From: Candidatus Hydrogenedentota bacterium
GTDB lineage: Bacteria; Hydrogenedentota; Hydrogenedentia; Hydrogenedentales; SLHB01
Assembly (NCBI GenBank): GCA_029974275.1
Contig: JARKSN010000151.1
Span: 1-63,417 of the forward strand
Reading direction: 5' to 3'
DNA: 63,417 nucleotides
Below the pieces are notes generated by a model. It saw nothing but the letters and a program-made list of their open reading frames with translations. It was not told where the DNA came from and made no database searches. Position 1 is the first letter of the stretch; each line of letters opens with the position of its first letter. The position numbers and the translations under genes are program-made. This document shows positions 18,911 through 29,220 of this stretch, one piece after another.

Positions 18911-20326
18911 ATGTCCACGCGGCGGCTTGATTACTATGAATTTTTCGCAGGAGGCGGCATGGCCCGATTGGGGCTTGGCCCCCGTTGGCGCTGCGTGTTT
19001 TCGAACGACTTTTCCGATAAGAAAGCCCATTCGTATCGGCGGAATTTCCCCCCTGCCCATGAGTTGCGCTGTCAGGACGTTGCTTCTTTATCCACGTGCG
19101 ACCTCCCCGGGCATCCCTGTTTGGCATGGGCCTCGTTTCCCTGTCAGGACCTTTCATTGGCAGGAGAGCGCCGTGGCCTTGAGGGAACCCGAAGCGGCAC
19201 GTTCTGGCCATTTTGGAACCTCATGCAGGGAATGGCCTCGGAGGGACGGGGCGTCCCCATTATCGTATTGGAGAATGTTACGGGAGCCATCACCTCCAAC
19301 GGCGGGGGCGATTTCCGATCGCTTGTGCATGTGCTAGTCGAGGCAGGGTACCGCGTTGGAGCGCTTGTGATAGACGCAGCCATGTTTCTTCCGCAATCCA
19401 GGCCCCGCCTCTTCGTGATTGCGGTGCAACGGGATGTCGCCGCGCCCAAACGTCTACACAGCGCTAGCCCGACGCCGTGGTCCCACCCGAAGTCGTTGCT
19501 TGACGCCTATCTTGCCCTTCCCGAAACACTGCAACAAGAATGGCGCTGGTGGGAGTTGCCTGCCCCTGCCGTTCCTCCCACGCGCCTCGCCACGTTGATC
19601 GAGGAAGAACCTACAGGCGTCGAATGGGATGCCCCTGAAAAGACGGATCGCTTGCTTGCACTTATGTCGGAGACGAATCTGGACAAGGTGCGACAGGCCC
19701 AAGCCTCGGGCAAGCGCGTAATCGGGACGGTCTATCGACGAACGCGCACCAATGGCAATGGACAACGTATCCAAAGGGCGGAAGCGCGATTCGACCAAGT
19801 GGCGGGATGCCTCAGGACGCCAGTCGGCGGTTCTAGTCGGCAGAGACTTTTGTTTGTACACGGCAGTTCCTTACGCTCTCGTCTGCTTTCGCCACGGGAA
19901 GTGGCGCGGCTCATGGGCGTTCCGGACAGCTATCAGCTTCCGGCTGATTACAATGAGACCTATCACCTCATGGGCGATGGGTTGGCCGTGCCGGTCGTGT
20001 CCTGGCTGGAGACGCACTTGCTTCGCCCACTCGGGCGCTCCGTGAACCGATTGCCTGCGTATGCAACGGAATGCATCCCGAGACGCCCACGTCCAGCGTT
20101 ACGCCCTCTATCGGACGCAAGGCCCCCGATCCAGGGCGTTTCCCAGCCCGGCGACGCGGAAAGGGAAACCGTCGTCCGTACAACACCAGGAGATCCGGAG
20201 AAGATATCTCCGTCTGAATTAAGCATTGTGAAACAGTCTCTCTATGCAAATGCAAGCGTTTTGGGTGCAAGCATTTCTCACAGCGCCCCATCGATCGCCG
20301 CGAGAAATGCGGACTATACGGCGTGA
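18911..20326 (+). CDS. DNA (cytosine-5)-methyltransferase with C-terminal extension
   Basis: Motif I EFFAGGG, IV SFPCQDLSLAG, VI LENV, VIII PQSRPRLF, IX RLLSPREVARLMG.PD, X GDG.AVPV. Confidence 0.93.
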   Translation: MSTRRLDYYEFFAGGGMARLGLGPRWRCVFSNDFSDKKAHSYRRNFPPAHELRCQDVASLSTCDLPGHPCLAWASFPCQDLSLAGERRGLEGTRSGTFWPFWNLMQGMASEGRGVPIIVLENVTGAITSNGGGDFRSLVHVLVEAGYRVGALVIDAAMFLPQSRPRLFVIAVQRDVAAPKRLHSASPTPWSHPKSLLDAYLALPETLQQEWRWWELPAPAVPPTRLATLIEEEPTGVEWDAPEKTDRLLALMSETNLDKVRQAQASGKRVIGTVYRRTRTNGNGQRIQRAEARFDQVAGCLRTPVGGSSRQRLLFVHGSSLRSRLLSPREVARLMGVPDSYQLPADYNETYHLMGDGLAVPVVSWLETHLLRPLGRSVNRLPAYATECIPRRPRPALRPLSDARPPIQGVSQPGDAERETVVRTTPGDPEKISPSELSIVKQSLYANASVLGASISHSAPSIAARNADYTA

Positions 20327-20359
20327 CCCGACGTGTCGGCCGTTCCTAGAAAGGAAATC

Positions 20360-21595
20360 ATGAGCAAGTACGAGTTCGCGAAGGTCCCGGCTGGCGAGAA
20401 GATTACGGCGCGTGCGGATGGCGCGTTGGACACGCCGGACCGGCCGATTGTCCCGTTTATCGAGGGCGATGGCACGGGGCCGGACATCTGGCGCGCGTCG
20501 CAGCGCGTCTTTGATGCGGCGGTGAAGCATTGCTATGGCGGCAAGCGGCAAATAGCGTGGATGGAAACCTATGCGGGCGAGAAGGCCAACCAACTGTGCG
20601 GCACGTATTTGCCCGACGAAACCTTGGATGTCATCCGCGAGCATCTCGTCGCGATCAAGGGCCCGCTCACGACGCCCATCGGCGGCGGGATACGCAGTCT
20701 CAACGTGGCGTTGCGCCAGAAACTCGACCTGTTCGCGTGCGTGCGCCCGGTGCGCTATTTCGACGGCGTGCCCAGCCCCGTCAAGGAGCCGGAGAAAGTT
20801 GACATGGTCATCTTCCGCGAAAACACGGAAGACGTGTACGCAGGCATGGAGGTCGAGGCCTTCACCGACGGCGCGAAAAAACTCCTCGCGTTTCTCAAAC
20901 AGGAATACGGCTGGGACATCCGTCCCGACTCCGGCATCGGCATCAAGCCGATCAGCGAGACCGGCACCCAGCGCATTGTCCGCGCCGCACTGAACTACGC
21001 CATCCAACACGGCCGCAAGTCCGTCACCATCGTCCACAAGGGCAATATCCAAAAATTCACCGAGGGCGCGTTCCGGAAATGGGGCTACGAACTCGTGAAA
21101 AAGGAATTCGCCGACAAGGCCGTCTCGTGGGACGATTGCGGCGGGAATCCCGGCGATAAGATTTTGGTGAAAGACACGATCGCCGATATTTTCCTGCAGC
21201 AGATTCTCACGCGCCCCAGCGAATTCGACGTGGTGGTGACCATGAACCTCAATGGCGACTACATGAGCGACGCCCTCGCGGCGCAGGTTGGCGGCATTGG
21301 CATCGCCCCCGGGGCAAATATCAACTACGAAACAGGGGCATCCATTTTCGAGGCCACGCACGGCACCGCGCCCAAATACGCCAACCTCGACAAGGTCAAC
21401 CCGTGCAGCGTCATCCTGTCCGGGTTGATGATGTTCGAGCATATGGGCTGGACAGAGGCGACCGAAAGCGTGACCCGTTCCCTCGTGAAGACCTTCCGAT
21501 CCAGAACCGTTACGTACGATTTTGCTCGCCTAATGGAGGGCGCCCACGAAGTGGCCTGTAGCGAGTTTGGAACGGCGCTTATCGAAAATCTATAA
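20360..21595 (+). CDS. icd: Isocitrate dehydrogenase (E. coli-type, likely NADP)
   Basis: [75 protein letters not shown]. Confidence 0.97.
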   Translation: MSKYEFAKVPAGEKITARADGALDTPDRPIVPFIEGDGTGPDIWRASQRVFDAAVKHCYGGKRQIAWMETYAGEKANQLCGTYLPDETLDVIREHLVAIKGPLTTPIGGGIRSLNVALRQKLDLFACVRPVRYFDGVPSPVKEPEKVDMVIFRENTEDVYAGMEVEAFTDGAKKLLAFLKQEYGWDIRPDSGIGIKPISETGTQRIVRAALNYAIQHGRKSVTIVHKGNIQKFTEGAFRKWGYELVKKEFADKAVSWDDCGGNPGDKILVKDTIADIFLQQILTRPSEFDVVVTMNLNGDYMSDALAAQVGGIGIAPGANINYETGASIFEATHGTAPKYANLDKVNPCSVILSGLMMFEHMGWTEATESVTRSLVKTFRSRTVTYDFARLMEGAHEVACSEFGTALIENL

Positions 21596-21699
21596 AAACA
21601 ATTCTACCCGGTCTGGTATATGGAATATGCGGTTTTTCTTGACCTCCAAGTAAATTGCTGATAGAGTGATAGTGCGCATAGCAGGAGGGAGGATTACCC

Positions 21700-22467
21700 A
21701 TGGCCCCTGAAAGTCAGGCTCAGGTTATCGAAGCGGTGGATCTGACCTCGCCCGAAGGACAGAGACGTCTGCACAAAATGTTCCGGTACGCTCAGATCGG
21801 CCGGTGCGTCAGCAGCGTCACGCACGATGTGAACAATTACCTGGGGGCCATCCTGGCGTATGCCGAGCTCATTGAACTCGACAGCGAATTGACCAAGGAA
21901 TCAAGCCGGATGGTGCAGGAGATCATCGGCGCCGTCCGGAAGTCCAGCGCCTTGATCAACAACCTTACCGATGTCGCCCGCAAAGAGAGGCCCGACGTGC
22001 GCGCCGTCGATCCCCTGCAACTCATCCATCGCGTGTTGGACCTTCGGCGCTATGAAATCAAGCTGTCCCAAATTGATCTGAAGTCAGAATCTCCGGATGC
22101 CATGCCCACGCTCCAAATAGATCTCCCCAAGGTGGAACAGGCGCTTGTCTACCTGGTGAACAACCTGATCGAGGCCTTGGCGGACGAGGAATGCCGGCAG
22201 GCGCGCGTGCATGCCGTCGTAGGCGACGGCTGGGTCGAGTTCGAATTCTGGAACTCGGGACCTGCCATTCCCGTGGAACTGCGCGAAGCGGTCTTCGAGC
22301 CTTTTTTCACGACAAAAGCGGGCGAACACGTGGGACTGGGGCTCACCGTGGCTCGCGAAACGGCCCATCAGCATAATGGCGATCTTGTGTATTCGCCGGA
22401 ACGCGGGTTCGTGTTTCGCATTCCGCAACATAAACGCATGGAAATAGGAAATCTACCCGTGGCGTAG
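21700..22467 (+). CDS. Histidine kinase core (HisKA + HATPase) without a sensor domain
   Basis: H-box SVTHDVNNYL, N-box, F-box FEPFFTTK, G2 GLGL; GGAGG RBS. Confidence 0.85.
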   Translation: MAPESQAQVIEAVDLTSPEGQRRLHKMFRYAQIGRCVSSVTHDVNNYLGAILAYAELIELDSELTKESSRMVQEIIGAVRKSSALINNLTDVARKERPDVRAVDPLQLIHRVLDLRRYEIKLSQIDLKSESPDAMPTLQIDLPKVEQALVYLVNNLIEALADEECRQARVHAVVGDGWVEFEFWNSGPAIPVELREAVFEPFFTTKAGEHVGLGLTVARETAHQHNGDLVYSPERGFVFRIPQHKRMEIGNLPVA

Positions 22468-22563
22468 TCCCCGTCTTTTCCCGCCGGCATGATTGCCCAA
22501 AAGACGACCGGGGGGTGTCTTTTTTCGGCGGATCGTTGCCGAATGCCTTTCAGGAGAACGTCC

Positions 22564-23484
22564 ATGCCGGAAGAAACGACGGTGGATGCGTTGCTGCATG
22601 TCGCAGACATCCACTTTTGGAAAGTGGTGGCGAATCCTCTGCGTCTGTTGAACAAGCGATTCTTGGGAAACATGAACGTGGTTTTGCGGCGCCGGCATGA
22701 GTTCGCCACGCATCGGGCAGACGCTTTTGCCGAGGCCCTTTGCGCCACAGGCATTCCCAATGTGTTGTTCACCGGAGATTTCACCTCCACGTCGCTGGAG
22801 GAGGAATTTGTTTTGGCGCGCGCATTCGTCGAGGGCGTGGCGCGGCGCGGGCGAAACGTCTGGGTCTTGCCAGGCAACCACGACAGGTACACGTTTGCGG
22901 CGCACCGCAAGCGGATTTTCGAACGCCATTTTTCCTCGTTTTTGCCCAACGGCGGATATCCCGCTCTGGCGCGGCTTTCGGGAGGAACACCGCTGCTCCT
23001 GACGCCCACGGCGACGCCCAATCTTCTGTCGTCTCGAGGCGAGATCACTTCCGAAGAAATGGAAAAAACCGTGGCCCTGCTGGAAAACAAGGAGCAAGGA
23101 CCGGCGCTGGTTGCGGGGCATTATCCCCTGTTGCAGGAGACGCCCGCCTATCGCATGACCTGGGAACGCCGGTTGCGTGGCGCGGAAGCGTTTCGGACGG
23201 CCCTGGGAAGCATGGGCCGCAGCTTGCTGTATGTGTGCGGACACGTCCACCGGTTCTGCTACGTGCGGGATCCGGCGCATGCCAACCTGGAACACGTATC
23301 GACCGGGGCGCTCTTCCACAACAGCCCGAAGACGGGGCATCAGGGAGAGTTCAGCGAGATACGCGTGACTCAGGACGGTTTTCGCGTGTTTTGCCACCGG
23401 TTTAACGGCACATGGGATCGCCAAGCCGCTTGTCTGCAATCCATGGAAACCGGCGTTGGCGCATCCCGATCTACCAACGGATGA
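22564..23484 (+). CDS. Metallophosphoesterase
   Basis: HVADIHF, TGDFT, PGNHD, HYP, GHVH motifs. Confidence 0.88.
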   Translation: MPEETTVDALLHVADIHFWKVVANPLRLLNKRFLGNMNVVLRRRHEFATHRADAFAEALCATGIPNVLFTGDFTSTSLEEEFVLARAFVEGVARRGRNVWVLPGNHDRYTFAAHRKRIFERHFSSFLPNGGYPALARLSGGTPLLLTPTATPNLLSSRGEITSEEMEKTVALLENKEQGPALVAGHYPLLQETPAYRMTWERRLRGAEAFRTALGSMGRSLLYVCGHVHRFCYVRDPAHANLEHVSTGALFHNSPKTGHQGEFSEIRVTQDGFRVFCHRFNGTWDRQAACLQSMETGVGASRSTNG

Positions 23485-24451
23485 TCGACGATCCCCACGT
23501 CAACCCCGCCCCGAATGACGCCACAAGCACGATGGACCCCTCCCGGATGCGTCCTTCGGCGCACGCTTGGTCAAGAGCGATGGGGATCGAGGCCGAGGTG
23601 GTGTTGGCGGTGCGGTTGATGTTCAGGTAGACCTTTTCCTCGGGCAGCCCGACGCGCTCGGCGGCGGCCATGATGATGCGGACATTCGCCTGGTGCGGGA
23701 TGAACACGTCCAGATCGTCGGACGTCATGCCGTTTTGTTCCAGGGCCTTTTGCACGGCCCCCCCGAACACCACAACCGCGCGCCGGAATAGGTCTTGTCC
23801 TTTCATGATGATGTCGCGCAAGCCGGAAGCGTAATTCTCGGGAGTGATGGGATACTTCGAGCCGCCGCCTTCCCGGATCAAGAGATTCCCCTGCGTGCCG
23901 TCGGCGCCCAGGAACATGGAGAGGATGCCGCGGTCTCCTTCCGCGGCCCGCAGCACGACCGCGCCCGCGCCATCGCCAAACAAAACGGCCGTGTCTCGGC
24001 GTTCCCAGTTCAGAATGTTGGTGACTCGCTCCGAGCCGATCACCAACGCCGTTTTGTATTGCCCCGATTGGATGTGAGCGTTCGCGACGCTTAACCCGTA
24101 CAGGAACCCAGAGCATGCCGCGTTGACATCCATCGCCGCCGCGCGAGATGCGCCTATCTTGCTTTGAATGAGACAGGCCGTGCTGGGAAACAGATAGTCC
24201 GGCGACATCGTGCAACAGAGGATGAGGTCGATGTCTTCCGGGGTCAATCCCGCCGATGCGATCGCCCGCAAAGCTGCCGGCGCGCCGAGGTCCGAGGCGC
24301 CCTCGCCGTCGTTCGCCATATGCCGCTGCTGGATGCCCGTCCGCTGAACAATCCACTCGTCCGTGGTGTCTACAAACTGCTCCAGGTCTTTATTCGTGAG
24401 CACTTTTTCGGGCAAAAAATGGCCCGTGCCGATAATCTGGGAACGGATCAT
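23471..24451 (-). CDS. fabH: 3-oxoacyl-ACP synthase III
   Basis: DTTDEWI..RTGI, AACSGF, LFGDGAGA, PHQAN.RI, NT.SASIP, FGAGLTWG. Confidence 0.96.
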   Translation of the reverse strand: MIRSQIIGTGHFLPEKVLTNKDLEQFVDTTDEWIVQRTGIQQRHMANDGEGASDLGAPAALRAIASAGLTPEDIDLILCCTMSPDYLFPSTACLIQSKIGASRAAAMDVNAACSGFLYGLSVANAHIQSGQYKTALVIGSERVTNILNWERRDTAVLFGDGAGAVVLRAAEGDRGILSMFLGADGTQGNLLIREGGGSKYPITPENYASGLRDIIMKGQDLFRRAVVVFGGAVQKALEQNGMTSDDLDVFIPHQANVRIIMAAAERVGLPEEKVYLNINRTANTTSASIPIALDQACAEGRIREGSIVLVASFGAGLTWGSSIIRW

Positions 24452-24767
24452 GCCTACTTCCTTAACCGCTGTTATGGGGACGCCGCCGCGAATCACTCCC
24501 GCGTTGTTGGCAATGCTAGTCTTGCAATCATTACGACCATGCAAAACCGGCGGGTAGGGTACCATACGCACGCGCCCGGCTCAACCGGCCGGTCGGCCAG
24601 CCGCGGCAACGGCATCGACAGGGCGTTCGAGTTGTCACGCCATTCCCGCCGCATAGGCGGAGCGTCGGGTTTGGAATGGGCGCGCGGCCAACGTCCTCGT
24701 TTGCCTGCCTGTTGAACAGGGCCGAAGGGAGACGTACACTCCTGGCAGAGATTCGGAGGGTACGCCG

Positions 24768-25991
24768 TTGCGCATTGCGTATTTGTCCCCAGAAACGGGG
24801 GCGGTCACGAACACGTTTGTGTATGGGGAAATGGAGGCGTTGCGCAGTCTGGGCGTGTCGATTGCGAGCTTTTCGACGCGGCGGCCTGCGAACGGAGCGG
24901 TGTTTTCGGAACGGGAATCGCTCGTCGCCGAAACGACCTACCTGTACGAACTGGGGCTTGTGCGGACGTTGTGGGAACTAGGGCTTGCAGGAGCGACTTT
25001 TCCTCACCGCATCGCGTGGGCAAAATTTTTTCTCTTCCGGGACATGCTGTTGGGATCCTTCCGGCATCCGTCCGATCGTCTTAAGCTTGTGCCGCAGTTT
25101 ACGGCCGCTGTGCTGTTGGCAAGGCGACTGCGCCGGGACGGCGCGCAGCATCTTCATGCGCATTTTGCCCATGTGCCCGCGACGATCGCCATGTACGCGG
25201 CGCGCATGGCGGGCATCCCGTTCAGTTTCACGGCGCATGCCAACGATATATTTGTCCGGCGCGGCTTGATTCACGAGAAAACCCGCCGCAGCGCGTTCAC
25301 CGTGTGCATCTCGGAATACAACCGCCGTTTTCTGACGTCCGTCGGGTGCGCCCCGGAAACGCTGCGGGTGGTGCATTGCGGGGTGGACCTCAAGAAGTGT
25401 CCGCACTCTCCCATCCGGACGAGAACGGGGCCGTTCACCATTCTAGCCGTGGGGCGCCTCATCGAGAAGAAAGGGTTTCACGTTCTTCTCGATGCAGCGG
25501 CTCGGCTGCGTGCCCAGGGGCGCTGTTTTCGCTGCGTGATCGTGGGATCGGGTCCTCAAGAAGGCGTGTTGCGTGCGCAGGCGACGCGGTTGGCCCTTGA
25601 CGGGGCGGTGGAATGGCGCGGCGGTTTGCCACAGGAAGAAGTGGTGCGGCTCTTCGGCGAGGCCGACGCGTTTGCGTTGCCCTGCGTCCGGGATAAGCAA
25701 GGCGATCAGGATGGCATACCGGTGGTTCTGATGGAAGCCATGGCCCGGGGAACGCCCGTAGTCGCGACGTCGATTTCGGGGCTGCCGGAACTGATCGTGG
25801 ACGGCGTGAGCGGGTTGCTGGCCCATCCCAACGATCCCGCGGCGTTGGCGGAATGTCTTGTTCGACTAATGGACCATCCCGCTTTGGCGCAGCGCCTGGC
25901 GCACGCCGCGCGTCTTGCGGTCGAACGCGAATTCAACGCGTCCACGAACGCCGCCGCGCTGCTCGATCTCATCAAGCGGACAGGCACATGA
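24768..25991 (+). CDS. Glycosyltransferase family 4 (WcaL-like)
   Basis: HLHAHFAH, SFTAHA.DI, VGRLIEKKG, DGIPVVLMEAMA.G.PVV. Confidence 0.92.
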   Translation: MRIAYLSPETGAVTNTFVYGEMEALRSLGVSIASFSTRRPANGAVFSERESLVAETTYLYELGLVRTLWELGLAGATFPHRIAWAKFFLFRDMLLGSFRHPSDRLKLVPQFTAAVLLARRLRRDGAQHLHAHFAHVPATIAMYAARMAGIPFSFTAHANDIFVRRGLIHEKTRRSAFTVCISEYNRRFLTSVGCAPETLRVVHCGVDLKKCPHSPIRTRTGPFTILAVGRLIEKKGFHVLLDAAARLRAQGRCFRCVIVGSGPQEGVLRAQATRLALDGAVEWRGGLPQEEVVRLFGEADAFALPCVRDKQGDQDGIPVVLMEAMARGTPVVATSISGLPELIVDGVSGLLAHPNDPAALAECLVRLMDHPALAQRLAHAARLAVEREFNASTNAAALLDLIKRTGT

Positions 25992-26132
25992 CAAACGCCC
26001 AAAGGCCGCGAGTAGGGCGTTTCGCCTCATCCCAAAACCTGGCCATGGCGTCCTTGCGATCGGGAGGCGATATCCTGTAGAATCCGTCCCCTGTCAAGCA
26101 GCGAAATGGTTGTATAAGCGGAGTGTATAGCG

Positions 26133-26303
26133 ATGGCGAAAGCAAAAGAAAATCGGGTGCAGGTCATACTGGAATGCACGGAGGCCCCGGGCACGTCGCG
26201 GTATTGCACCACGAAGAATAGCCGAACCACGACGGGACGGCTGGAACTCAAAAAGTTCAATGCGTCCCTTCGAAAAGTGACGTTGCATCGCGAGAAGAAG
26301 TAA
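26133..26303 (+). CDS. rpmG: 50S ribosomal protein L33 (56 aa; below ORF-track cutoff)
   Basis: Translated by hand: [56 protein letters not shown]. Confidence 0.95.
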   Translation: MAKAKENRVQVILECTEAPGTSRYCTTKNSRTTTGRLELKKFNASLRKVTLHREKK

Positions 26304-26408
26304 TCCGAGTCGGCGGCGCGCCTGCGAGTCGAAAGGATGGCCGTTGCGAGACGAGCAGGAACGCCGCCGCGCACACATGGCGCTATCGCTTTGAAAAGCG
26401 ATATGTTC

Positions 26409-27203
26409 TCACCTTTTTCTCTGTTTTAGAAGCCATTTGATTGCTTTGGGATCATTGTAGGCCTTGTCCCAAGAGTTATGGCCGATGTCGTGGTATTCGG
26501 TGTACCAGGCTTTTCCGCCCGCCTTTTTGACGGCGTGAACCATCTTGCGGGACTCTTCGGGCAGCACGGTCTCGTCTTTATCGCCGTGGAATGCCCAGAT
26601 GGGGAGAGTCGCGAGCGCGGGGGCGTCTTCGATTTTTCCGCCGCCGCAGATGGGCAGTAGCGCGGCGAAACGATCCGCCTGCGCGGCGCCGTATATCCAC
26701 GTCGCATAGCCGCCCATGGAAATGCCGGTAAGGTAAACACGGGCCGGGTCTATCGCGTATTCGATCTCCGTGCGGGCGATGGCTTCGTCGATGTCGCGGA
26801 AGGCCTTGTCCCAGTACATGCCGTCAGGGCATTGGGGCATGACGACGACGCACGGAAATCGTTCCACATGGCGGCGTATGGCGGAACCGAGACCGACCTC
26901 TGTTGGCATGAGACCGTCGTCGCCGCGTTCGCCCGCGCCGTGGAGAAACACGATGAGCGGCCACGCCTTGGTTGCGTCATACTCGTGCGGCACGTATACG
27001 ACGTAGCGTCGTGTTTTCGCGCCCACGGACATGGTTTTGTTGATAAATCCCGTTTCTGGCATGACGATCCTCCCGGGGTTCTCTGGCGAAGCAAGGCGTC
27101 GTGGGCGCTGGGCAAACGTGGAACAGCCCGACAACGTTAGAAGCCCCAAAGCCAGGAAAAGCGGCCAGGGAACCGTGTTCCAGAAGCGCATACGTCGACG
27201 CAT
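26409..27203 (-). CDS. Alpha/beta-hydrolase (esterase/peptidase), lipoprotein
   Basis: Lipobox LSGC; PLIVFLHGAGERG, D..RVYLTGISMGG, WAFHG.KD, H.SW. Confidence 0.9.
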   Translation of the reverse strand: MRRRMRFWNTVPWPLFLALGLLTLSGCSTFAQRPRRLASPENPGRIVMPETGFINKTMSVGAKTRRYVVYVPHEYDATKAWPLIVFLHGAGERGDDGLMPTEVGLGSAIRRHVERFPCVVVMPQCPDGMYWDKAFRDIDEAIARTEIEYAIDPARVYLTGISMGGYATWIYGAAQADRFAALLPICGGGKIEDAPALATLPIWAFHGDKDETVLPEESRKMVHAVKKAGGKAWYTEYHDIGHNSWDKAYNDPKAIKWLLKQRKR

Positions 27204-27300
27204 GGGTCTTCCAATCTCTCGCCGGCGTTAGCGCGGCCTCAGCGATATATTCCCCTTCACGCGCTCGGGGATGTGAAAAATCCCGAAGCACGGCGTTTTT

Positions 27301-28020
27301 TCATGAGGCGCTGACAAGACCGGGCAAAACGGAAACGAATTCGGGCCACGACGTGAATACGTGATTTGCCCGAGTCGTTTCGCAGGCGGCGGGCGCATCG
27401 CCGAGAAACAGGGCCGCCTGGGCGCCGACGTTCAGCGCGCCCGCGATGTCCGTGCCTTCCAAGTCGCCAATGTGAAGCATCTCTTCCGGGGCCACGCCGA
27501 GCGATCGGGCGGCTGTTTCGAACATGGGACGTTGCGGTTTGGCCACGCCGATCTCGTCCGAAAAGATCAGGGCGCGGAAATATCCCGCGAATCCATTTCG
27601 TGCGAGCAGGATGCGCAGGGCGCGTCCGGGGCTTACGCCGGAATCGCTGATGACGCCTACCGGCACGCGTTCCGCCGCCGCGCGGACGGCTTCCAGCGCT
27701 CCCTCGATGGGTTCGGGCGGATATTGAAGAATGGCGTAGCCGAAGGCGTCCGCCGCTTCGCGAAACGCGTCCGGATCGAGCTGAATGTCCAAACGGGCAA
27801 GGGTCAGGCGCACGGCGTCCTCGGGGCCGAGGGTGCGCTGTTCCATCAAGTGATGGCGGTTGAACTCCGCCCAGGTGTATCCAAGCGCGTCGTTGATGCG
27901 TTGTTCGGGAAGTCCCGTGACGCGCACCAAGGTGGCGACGCGCAGCTGTTGCCGTTCCGGAGAATGCGCGTCGCGAAACAATGTTCGCCAGAAATCAAAG
28001 GTTATCGCCCGCACCATCAT
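27301..28020 (-). CDS. HAD-superfamily hydrolase
   Basis: ITFDFWRTL, ISD, KP, HIGD...DIAGA; ATGA overlap with upstream gene. Confidence 0.88.
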   Translation of the reverse strand: MMVRAITFDFWRTLFRDAHSPERQQLRVATLVRVTGLPEQRINDALGYTWAEFNRHHLMEQRTLGPEDAVRLTLARLDIQLDPDAFREAADAFGYAILQYPPEPIEGALEAVRAAAERVPVGVISDSGVSPGRALRILLARNGFAGYFRALIFSDEIGVAKPQRPMFETAARSLGVAPEEMLHIGDLEGTDIAGALNVGAQAALFLGDAPAACETTRANHVFTSWPEFVSVLPGLVSAS

Positions 28021-28613
28021 TCGATGTACCTGTCTTCGCGGACGCCGTACTTCTCCACCAGTTCGAGGTATTGTTTCATGCGGGCCGGGGGAATGCCCTT
28101 GGTGCGGTGCGCCACGAAGCGAGCCGGCGCGCCCGCCCAAATCTCGTATGGCCCGATGTTTTTGGTGACGATGCTGCCCGCATGCACCACGGCGCCGTCG
28201 CCGATGGTGATGCCAGGGCCGATATAGACGCGGCTTCCGATGAGACAGTGATCGCCAATGATGACGGGTTCGGCGATTTGCGGGGTATAGCGCCAGTGGG
28301 CATCGGTGCCGTATACCAGATGGTTCGTGTCGCGAATGACCGTGAATTCCGCGATGCCGGTGCAAGAGCCGATCTGGATGAGGGTGGTGGCCTCGACAAT
28401 GCAATAATAGCTGCACCCCGACCGATCGCCAAAACGTATTTTTCCCGCGCCGTGCGTCCGCAACACCACGTTGTTGCGGAATCGGCAATAGTCGCCCAGC
28501 TCGACATGCCCGTCCACCTCGAGAAATTTTCCCGGGAATCGGCAGTGCTTGCCTTTGCGGGCGAACTTGAGCCCGTGTTTCCACGTTCGGTATGTGCGGA
28601 CAATGGCGTTCAT
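28017..28613 (-). CDS. Left-handed beta-helix acyltransferase
   Basis: Hexapeptide repeats (PVIIGDHCLIG...IGPGITIGDGAVV.AGSIVTK...WAGAPAR). Confidence 0.9.
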   Translation of the reverse strand: MNAIVRTYRTWKHGLKFARKGKHCRFPGKFLEVDGHVELGDYCRFRNNVVLRTHGAGKIRFGDRSGCSYYCIVEATTLIQIGSCTGIAEFTVIRDTNHLVYGTDAHWRYTPQIAEPVIIGDHCLIGSRVYIGPGITIGDGAVVHAGSIVTKNIGPYEIWAGAPARFVAHRTKGIPPARMKQYLELVEKYGVREDRYIE

Positions 28614-28625
28614 GGATGTGGTTCG

Positions 28626-29213
28626 CTATCCTAGGCCGCGCAGTTCCTCGATGGAGGGGAGTTCTTTAAGGTTCTTGATGCCGAAATGGACGAGAAATTC
28701 GTCGGTGGTTCGGTAGAGTTTGGGGCGGCCCGGAATTTCGGCGACGCCGGAGACTTTGATGAGGCGTTTTTCCTGGAGCAGGTCGAAGGCATACGATACG
28801 CTGACGCCGCGGATGGCTTCGACTTCCGCGCGGGTTACGGGCTGTTTGTAGGCGACGATGGCGAGCGTTTCGAGCGCCGTGCGGGAGAGACGATTGCTTT
28901 TTTTGATCTGCAGCAACCGCCGGATATACGGGGCGAACGCAGGTTTTGTCGTGAGTTGATACCCGCCGGCGATTTCGCGCAATTCATACGGGCTGTCCTG
29001 TCCGGCGATATCGTCCCGGAGTTCGGCCAACAGGTTCAGGACGACATCCTTGTCCATGTCGCCCAAAGCCTGCGCGAGCCGGTCGGCGCTGAGGGGGCGG
29101 TCGCTCACGAACAGCAACGCGTGCAACGCTTGGCGCGATTCCTCGCGGCCCAGCGTCTCGACGGGCTCCAGGGCTTCCTGGGCTTCGACATCAATGGTTT
29201 CTTCTTCCGCCAT
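28626..29213 (-). CDS. scpB: SMC-Scp complex subunit ScpB
   Basis: ALLF...PL, AGGYQL.T, LS..ALETLAIVAYKQPVTRAEVEAIRGV, GRP.LY.TT..FL..FG. Confidence 0.95.
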   Translation of the reverse strand: MAEEETIDVEAQEALEPVETLGREESRQALHALLFVSDRPLSADRLAQALGDMDKDVVLNLLAELRDDIAGQDSPYELREIAGGYQLTTKPAFAPYIRRLLQIKKSNRLSRTALETLAIVAYKQPVTRAEVEAIRGVSVSYAFDLLQEKRLIKVSGVAEIPGRPKLYRTTDEFLVHFGIKNLKELPSIEELRGLG

Positions 29214-29220
29214 AACCGCC

